Shown here one piece after another: positions 27,675-36,500 of a stretch of 64,000 nt of DNA. The notes beneath the pieces were generated by a model. That model was not told the DNA's origin. It saw only the letters and a list, made by a program, of their open reading frames with translations, and ran no database searches. The stretch is from Paraspadella gotoi (taxonomy: Eukaryota; Animalia; Chaetognatha), in the NCBI GenBank assembly GCA_051294375.1, contig CM119264.1:22965826-23029825 (forward strand), in the 5' to 3' direction. Both the position numbers and the translations under genes were made by a program. Numbering within the stretch: the stretch's first letter is position 1; every line of letters begins with the position of its first letter.

Positions 27675-28311
27675 CTCACTCACTCTCTCTCTCTCTCTCA
27701 CTCTCTCTCTCTCTCTTTCTCTTCTATTTAAATTGTAATGCTTTGATTACTTCTTTTTTTTTAATCTGTTACTGTCATTATACCATTGATGATGTCATAA
27801 TAATATATGACGAACTATTTGTCAAAATTGTTCTCGCTTTTAGCACAGTCATTGAAAAATATCATATAAACAACTTAATAACATCATGATTCTTCAGTTC
27901 GTCACTAATATATTGCATCTCCGTTAACCTACTTCTTCAAACTGCTCCCCAATGGTTTTATCTTCGAACCTGTTGTGTGCCACTTTTCAATAAAGCATTC
28001 GATGGGAGGAGGCTTGCCACCCTGGCTGGAAATCTACGGCCCGGTCTTCCCAAAGGCCCCATATTTCACTCCTGCTCCTCCTCCTCCTCCTCCTCTTCCC
28101 TTTCCGTCTCATAATTGAAAAATGTCCCCTGCAATTTCTCACGATCCCGCGAAGGCAGAGGGTTGCTGTCCGCTTCTCGATGAAATGAAATGAAAGATGG
28201 AAAGAGAAATAGAAAGAAAGGAAAATAAAGTGTGACGATGCAAAGTCGGAAAGAAGGAGTCAGGATTGAAATTGAGAAAAAATGACAGTGAAAGAAAAGA
28301 TCAATGAACGA

Positions 28312-28375
<64 letters not shown>

Positions 28376-30095
28376 GAGAATGAAAGAAAGAAAGAAAGAA
28401 AGAAAGAAAGACCAAAAGATGGAATGAAATAGTGAAGGTTGAATTTCTTTACCAAAGCAAACGACCGAAAGAATTATTGATATTATTTTTTTTTTGAGAA
28501 AGAAAAAAAACTTTTCAGGCTTGAAATTTTTTCTCGATCGGTTTCATTCTTTCCCTTGCTATTCAAGAAAATATAAAAGAAAGAATGAAAAAAAAGAAAA
28601 AACAATAAGAAATACTTCAGTCAAACGAATATGAAAAATTTATAATGTAAAATAGTGAGATTAAACAATCAAAAAAGTAAAAGTAAAAGATTACGTAAAC
28701 GAAATAGAAAAAATAATCAATTAGAAAATTAAAAAGAAAGAAAGAATAATTTAAAAAATAACAAACAAAATGAAGATTTACTGAACAAATAAAAATATTG
28801 GTAAGAAATGAAGGGAAATGAATCTAAACCAAAGGCTTGGTTCAAAAATAAAAAAAGAGAGTTTCTTCAAATAAAGAAAAATACTACTATAATTGATATT
28901 TGTACTTTGATACCAAAAATTGAGAGCTGTCAAATTTCGACTTAACTTNNNNNNNNNNNNNNNNNNNNNNNNNNNNNNNNNNNNNNNNNNNNNNNNNNNN
29001 NNNNNNNNNNNNNNNNNNNNNNNNNNNNNNNNNNNNNNNNNNNNNNNNNNNNNNNNNNNNNNNNNNNNNNNNNNNNNNNNNNNNNNNNNNNNNNNNNNNN
29101 NNNNNNNNNNNNNNNNNNNNNNNNNNNNNNNNNNNNNNNNNNNNNNNNNNNNNNNNNNNNNNNNNNNNNNNNNNNNNNNNNNNNNNNNNNNNNNNTTTTT
29201 CGTCTTAGAACACTATTAAAATTAAGGAGGCCATAATCTTAAATACGCGCTCATTAAGATTCTCTGTTCCATTGATGGAAATCGTTCGAAAGATCGATTT
29301 CCTTTCTCTTTCGCCGAGGAAACCCAGACAGAGAAAGATTAGGAGAAAGAGAAAGAGATAGAGAGGGAGACGATCCCGCAGAGTTTTGGCAATTCGAATC
29401 GGACCTCCTGCCTTCCTCCTCGGCCTCAGTCTTTTCCTCTTTTTGCTTATTATTTTTCCTTTTTTTTTGTAATTTTTTTTCCCTTTTATGTCCTCAATTA
29501 GGCAACATTGTTGAGTCTAATTATTCCTACTTAAACCTATTTTTTTTAGGATTTCACTTTCCCTTCCTTTCTCTCATTCTTTCGATTTTCTTCCTTCCAA
29601 TTTCCCCCCCCCCATAATCTTCCCTTTTTTCTCCTCCTTATCACTTCGCTCTCCTTTTTCCCGTTAGCCGTTTCGCGTTTGCCAAAACAACTGTCACTTT
29701 CGACCCACTATCTGTTTATTTTATGTCGGCAAGGAATGAGTTTTCTTTTATTGGGAAAGATAAACGAAGGGGAGAGAGGAGAGAGAGAGAAAGGAGAGAG
29801 TAGAAGAAGAGAGAAGAGAGAGGAGAGAGAGAGAGAGAGGGGAGAGAGAGAGAGAGAGTTCTTTGTTTTTCTTATATTTTTCTTCCATTCTTATACAGGG
29901 TCCTTTTATCTCTCTCTTTTTATTTCCAAATTTTGTTCATAATATTAAATATTTTATTGATTAATCCTTCAATTTTTCCTTGTTTTCCCCATATTCCCTT
30001 CATTCGCCCTCAAAAAGGAGATTTTCGGCCGGAGAGAAATCGTATGCAAACGAATTCCGCGTCGCGCGTTGTTAAATTTATCTGGATAACCTTGA

Positions 30096-30165
<70 letters not shown>

Positions 30166-31990
30166 TCTCCTCTCTCTCTCTCTCTCTCAAAGCTGGAAGG
30201 GATTCTGCTTGAGCTCTGATCTTGCTCCACAAAAAACATTTTTTTCGTAATTTTTTTTGTTTCCTTAATCGTCGGAGGCAAATGGGAATTTAATATCATC
30301 TCAAAAATTAGGTTAAAAATATTTTTGAAAAACGACTACGCAACATGTTCAAAAAGGAGAGAGTATTGAATTTATAATAATATTACATAGTTAGTTCATA
30401 TATATTCACTCTTCTTTCTTTTTTTTTAAATAGCCATGAAACGTACGGAAGACAATTTTTAATAAATTCTAAGACTAAAAAAAAAAGAAAAATAGAAGAG
30501 AAAAATAAAAAACGATATAAAAATACTTTTAAATAAATATTAGGTACGTAAAACAACTTTAGAAAAGAAAGGATATAAAAAAAACTAAAAAAAACTAAAA
30601 ACAAAAACAAATGAAGGAAAAGAGCGTTTGTGAACTAAATTATAGACTTAGAGAAAAAATAGGAATTTCTTTTCTTTTATCTTTAAAAGTCAAAACGTCT
30701 TAGAAATAGAATGACACTTTGTTGGTAACTGCGCCGGAGCGCCCCCGCTGCCACCCTTTCTAAAGGAGTAGGGGTTGGGAGCTGAGACGGTGATCTATGC
30801 GCAGATGGTGATGGTGATGGAGATAGTGGTTCCAGTGAGACAAGAGTTCTGGATGAAGCTTACTCTATCACCCTTCTATCGCAACTCCTCAGCTCCAGAC
30901 TCATAGTCATACCCTTAAACATTAAACCTTTATATTATATTACCAATGAATTTCCGCTGATTTTCTCTTCTCTTTGTCAACCAAACACATTTGGTTCTGA
31001 TCGTCCTTTCCCTTGTCAAATCACCATTTTGTCCCAAGACCAATTGTTCCCTTTATCAATCATCCCCTTATCGTTCCCTTTCTCCCATTCCTTCCCTTTC
31101 CAAACACCAAAACCGGTCGCCCCCGCGCCCCCCCCTTTCTCCCGCCGATAATAAATAAAATGTCAGAAGCCATAACCCTCGCTGCTCGTCGTTCCCTCAC
31201 CCCGCAGCCCATGAAATTAATGAGGTCATGAGCCAAAACTCCACCTCCTTAATTGTGGCTTCGGCCCGACCCTCGCCCGAAGGAATTAGGGAAGGTCGGC
31301 TGCGGCGCAATGGGGAACTCTATGGTACTATTTTGTGGGGAGAATTTGGTGAGAGTAAAGTTGAGGCTTTTTGGTAGGACAAATCATTCGAGTTTGGTCT
31401 TTGATGATCGTGATCATAAAGTTTTGATAAGTAGAATCATAACGACAACACAAACAAAAACTATTGTATCTTAAACAACGTCATATAATATAAAAAACAC
31501 CGAAAAAAAAAAAAAGAAGCAAGGACAATGTACGTACTTTATCGATTGAAGACTGTAAAGTAAACTAAAGCAAAAAACAAGCTAATTTAAAAAACAAAAA
31601 AAAAAAACAGGGAAACTTGGTTAAAACCTCTCAGTTACGTATTTTAATGACCTCAAAAGCATCCCAGACTTTTTATAATTAATCTTTTTGAATTTAACTA
31701 ACTTACCTAAACTCACCCTGTCAGGCACGACGGTGTCCTTCGCCTGTCCCTCGGACGTCGCCGTCGTCTGGGCGAAACACAAATCCACCGACGTCATATT
31801 TTTGTCGGCCAACGGGATCGACAGATATTCAGGAGAAATCTCGAGGCGCAAGTACAAATTCTCTCATAATCGGTGAGTTTTCATTTCGAGAGAGAATTAG
31901 AAAGGGAGAAGGAGAATGAGGAGGTGAAAGAGAAGGAGGGAAAAAAGAAGAAAGGAGGAGGAGATGAGTTCGGCCCGTTGTTTTAATCTT
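25606..31990. repeat. Large inverted duplication: ~25606-27680 versus ~29820-31990
   Basis: Arms of about 2.1 kb match as reverse complements with indel-type differences; the left arm starts at a 25-N gap. Confidence 0.88.
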
Positions 31991-32539
31991 TTTTTTTTTT
32001 TTTTGCTTTACGGACGACGGCAAAGTTCGAATATAAATACTAAAAAGTAAATGTTATTGCTTTGTTTCGGCGTTTTGTCCAGAAACCAATTCAAATTATA
32101 ATTGGTTTATTTAATCACGAGATTTGTCACAAGATTACTATGATAACCTGAAGAAAAGCTTAAAAATGAAAAAAACACCAATGAAATCTTCTAGAAAGAA
32201 TGACGCAACTGTTGATATAAACTTTAAAGAGATAAGCGATCGACTTTTCCGCCCGAAAATGAAACCATTTGATTTATATTAAAAATCAAAGAGTATGTTA
32301 GGTTTACATAGGATGCAGACCATATCACTTTATGGTCGGTAAGCGTGTAATTGGATAGTTTGTGAACAATCAAACAAATCATTAAGTCTTAGAATTTAAC
32401 TAAACATTAATTTCGCTCAGATTTTGAGGGTAACCGCAAACAATTTTAAAATTTAAAAAAAAAAAAAACATCGTAGATTGAAAGTGTCAAAACTCAAATC
32501 GCTAAACTAATCTTAATCAATTTTTTCAACTTTTTTAAA

Positions 32540-33517
32540 ATGATCGTAACGCGAACTATAATTTCTTTAAGCCTGTTCTTTTGTTTGGCAACAAAGGCGA
32601 CAACAATTAAATTGTCGTCAACGACGACTACGCCGGCGAAACCCACCTGCGAGTGGCACGGAGAAAGGTCACCGGGCGTGCCGTTCGTCTATCGCGGCCC
32701 CCCTCAGCCCGTAGATAACACTACTCTGTCCATACTCCGGGGCTTTTGCCCGCCCGATTCTGTGCCCGACAAGGATTCCTTGTGCTGCGACGCCGCGCAA
32801 ATTTTTGCGCTGAAACAAAAGCTCGACCTTATGGACTCGTTCATTGGGGGATGCCCGATCTGCTCGGCCAATTTCAGGCAGGAAATGTTGGGCGAGAGTC
32901 TGGGAGGAGGAGGGGGACTGGGGAATCATATGGTTCTTTTAGTTCACGGGGTCTAATTATTTGGGCGAGGCGTTTGTAGGATCACATTCGGTCTAAATTG
33001 CATTTGATATAGATTCAGTTAATTACTTAATAATTAATTAATTAATTAATTAATTAATTAATTATTATTCCGCCAACCAGCACGAACGGACTGCAAAGCA
33101 ACCTACAAAAATGAAAAAAAGAAGCAGTTGACCCTTTACCTTCATGTTTCCCTATCATTGAGGGACCTTAATAAACCATTTTTTTTATCACCGCCATTTC
33201 CCGTGACACTAGACGATTCTACTGTCGCATGACCTGTTCGCCAGATCAGAGCCTGTTCATGCGCACGAGAGGGACGGTCGGTGGGGGCGTTGAAGGCGCC
33301 GTCGTGGCCGTCTCTTCGTCGATGGCGACGGGGCTCTTCGACTCTTGCAAGGACGTCTCTTTTCAAGGAACAGCGGCCTTGATCTCATTTGCGGGCAACC
33401 GAATTGTGACCCGCAGAAACTGTTGGACTTTCAGGAAAGATAAGAGGAGATTGTGGTGAATGGTTGATTGAATTTTGAACGAATAATATCGGAATATATT
33501 TTTATTTATTTATTATT

Positions 33518-33552
<35 letters not shown>

Positions 33553-36500
33553 TTATTTATTTATTTATTTATTTTTATTTATTTATTTGTTTATTATTTT
33601 ATTTATTTTATGGTTTTAAACTTTTAATTCATTTATGCATTTATTTACACATTGATTAATAATCTAAAATTGACCTTAATTTGAATCTCTCACCGACAGG
33701 GGTCTCCCCAAAATGGACAAATCAAGTTCCCCATCAAATTTCGCGTCGGCGATGACAATTTCAACCCTTCTCTCTCTTCATCCCTCTCTTCCTCTTCCTC
33801 TTCCTCCTCCTCCGTCACCCTCTCCCCCACAGCCTTCAATCTCTCCATGTGGCCCTGCCAGGCTGATCACGGCTCTGTCGGGCGATGCGCCTGTCAAAAC
33901 TGCGCGGCCGCCTGTTCCACCCTAGATCTGAAGGAGTCTCAGCCTTGCACGGTCCCCGGGACGAGTGGGTCATGGATCGTGGGGTGGGGTCACGACGAAA
34001 TGCCCTGCGTCGTCTTCGCCGCGATTCTCGCCTTCGCCGTATTTTTCGTCGCGTTTTGGACGAGCGTATTCGTTGCAGCATGGAGAGGGAAAAATAGGGA
34101 AGAGAACAGGCAGGTTTCTCTGGTTTATTTTTTTAATTTAGTTTTTTTTTTTCCTTCTTGGAAAAACTCTTTTATAGCTCATGTGATATTTAATGTGATT
34201 TCTAAATCATCGAAATTTCCATATTCGTTAAATCCGATCATCCCCGAACTCACCGCCTGAAGCGAGATACCTTCGTCGGCTTCGTCCGCATCTTCGTCGT
34301 CGCCTTCTTACGGCGATCGCCTCGAATTAGCCATCTCGCGCGGGTTTCGTTTTTGGGGCGAATTCGTCGCTGAGAATCCTTGGTTCGTCGCCGTAATCGC
34401 CGTCGTCTTTTGCGGCTCCGGTGGCGTCGGCATCTTCTACAGGCGCGTTTTTGTCGTTTTTTAAAATTAACTTTAATTATAACTGAAAAAAAAATCAACA
34501 ATCACAAACCCACAGGCGTGTGGTGAACCAGCCGATCGATCTGTGGGCATCAAAGTCGAGCGACTCCTTCAAACAAAAGACTTACTTCGACGAGCACTTT
34601 GGGCCTTTTTATCGGACGGAGATGGTCATCCTCACTGCGGACGAGGATGTGTATCCGGCGCAGCCTGGCGTCAACATTCAGGAAAGATGGCGCTGAAGGC
34701 GGAGCAGGATGTGGAATTTAGTTTGATAATTACTAAAGATAAAATTGGTACAACCAATATAAAAATTATCCATTCATTTAATAAATAAGCTATCTTGCCA
34801 TTGACTTTTGACAGGCTTTGGTGGTTTAAGGCCTCCATCACTCTTACAAGATAATGACATAGCAGGTCCCAAGGTTTCAATCAAGACTCTCTCACAGTCT
34901 CGTTTATTCACTCCCAGAGTACCTGGCTTCCCTATCAATGAAGTGGTATAATGTTAATATATCATATTGGGGATGTAAATGATAAATTCATAGAAAATTT
35001 AAGTACCGTATTTAGTTTAATTATTAATTTTCTTCAATTTTAGAACCCGAGTCCCCAATAGAAGCATTTTTATCAAATGCTTATTTAGGATCCTAAACTA
35101 AATTTTAATCACTCGATATATTTATATAAATTACATATTTACCTAAGAATAAAAAATCCACTTTCAATCGCCACAGGAGGGCAACAGCTTCTACCGAATG
35201 AACGTGACCGTCGGTCCCGCACTCAACAGGACTTTTCTGGAGAGAGTCTTTGCTCTACAGACCGAGTTGAGCCAAATGGTTGTTCCTTTCAAGGGCCGCG
35301 ACTTGACACTCAGCGACGTCTGCTTCAAACCGATGGCGCCGGACAATGACAACTGCGTCATCTACAGTCCGCTGCAGTATTTTCAGAACAACGCCTCCAG
35401 CCTGACGCCGCCTGACGACACGCCTTGCTTTGGCCCAGTGTGGCCCTTCTACCACGTCGCATACTGTTCGGATCACCCTTACGACCTAAATGGTTACTGC
35501 TACCATGCGCCTTGCTTGGGCGACTTTGGCGGACCCGTTCTGCCTCGGCTCATTTTTGGAAACTATGACGACGACGACGACGACGATAGCAAAAACCTTA
35601 ACGCCGCCGACTACATCGCATCCAAAACAGTTGCACTAACTTACATAGTCAACAATCACATCGACCCAGCAGCCAACGCGGCGGCGGAAGCGTGGGAGGC
35701 TGCGTTCCTGGCGGCGCTGCAGCGTCGGGAGGCGGAGCTGGAGGCGGCGGGCATTCGGGTGTCGTTTCGAACGGAGCGATCGATCGCCGATGAGATCGGG
35801 CGAGCGTCGCGGGCGGAGACATCGACGGTGGCCATCTCGTATTCTCTCATGTTTCTTTATGTGACGATGACGCTCGGAGGATGCGGAGGAGGAGGAAGAG
35901 GAGGAGCAGGGTGGAGACAAATATTCGTCGAGTCAAAGGTGATAGATTTGTCAAATACTTCTTTTTTTTTAGTCTTTGAAACCTTCCCGTTCAACATGAA
36001 ACTAAAGTAAAACTAAATTGATTTATAAAAAAAAAATGATTATCATCACAGACCAATTAAAATTTTCATAATATTTTGTTCTCGCCTTCCACCTCTCCCT
36101 CGTCCACTTCCCTCCCCACAAACAAAAGGCCACCCTCGCCCTCGGCGGCATCCTCATCGTCCTCGCCTCCATCTTCTCCTCCGTCGGCTTCCTCTCCTTC
36201 CTCTCCCTCCCTCTCTCGCTCATCGTCTTCGAGGTTCTCCCTTTTCTCGTCCTCGCCGTCGGCGTCGACAACGTCTTCCTGCTCGTGCGGGCCTTTCGCC
36301 GCGACCGTGCCCCAAGGGGCGAGGCCGTCTCGGCCAAAGTGGGCCGCGTCTTGGGCGACGTCGGGCCTTCGATGAGCCTGGCCGGCTTGGCCCAGACGGC
36401 CGCGTTTTCGGTAGGGGCGCTGGCGTCGACTCCGGCCGTGCGGTCCTTCTCTCTCTTCGCCGCCCTCGCGGTCTTCGTCAATTTCCTGATGCAGAATTCG

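Noticed and set aside
33371-33385. Frameshift in NPC1 exon 2 as programmed frameshifting or pseudogenisation
   Set aside because: One missing C in GCC(C)TT restores [10 protein letters not shown]. There is no slippery site, and the assembly is indel-prone, so error is more likely; short reads would settle it.
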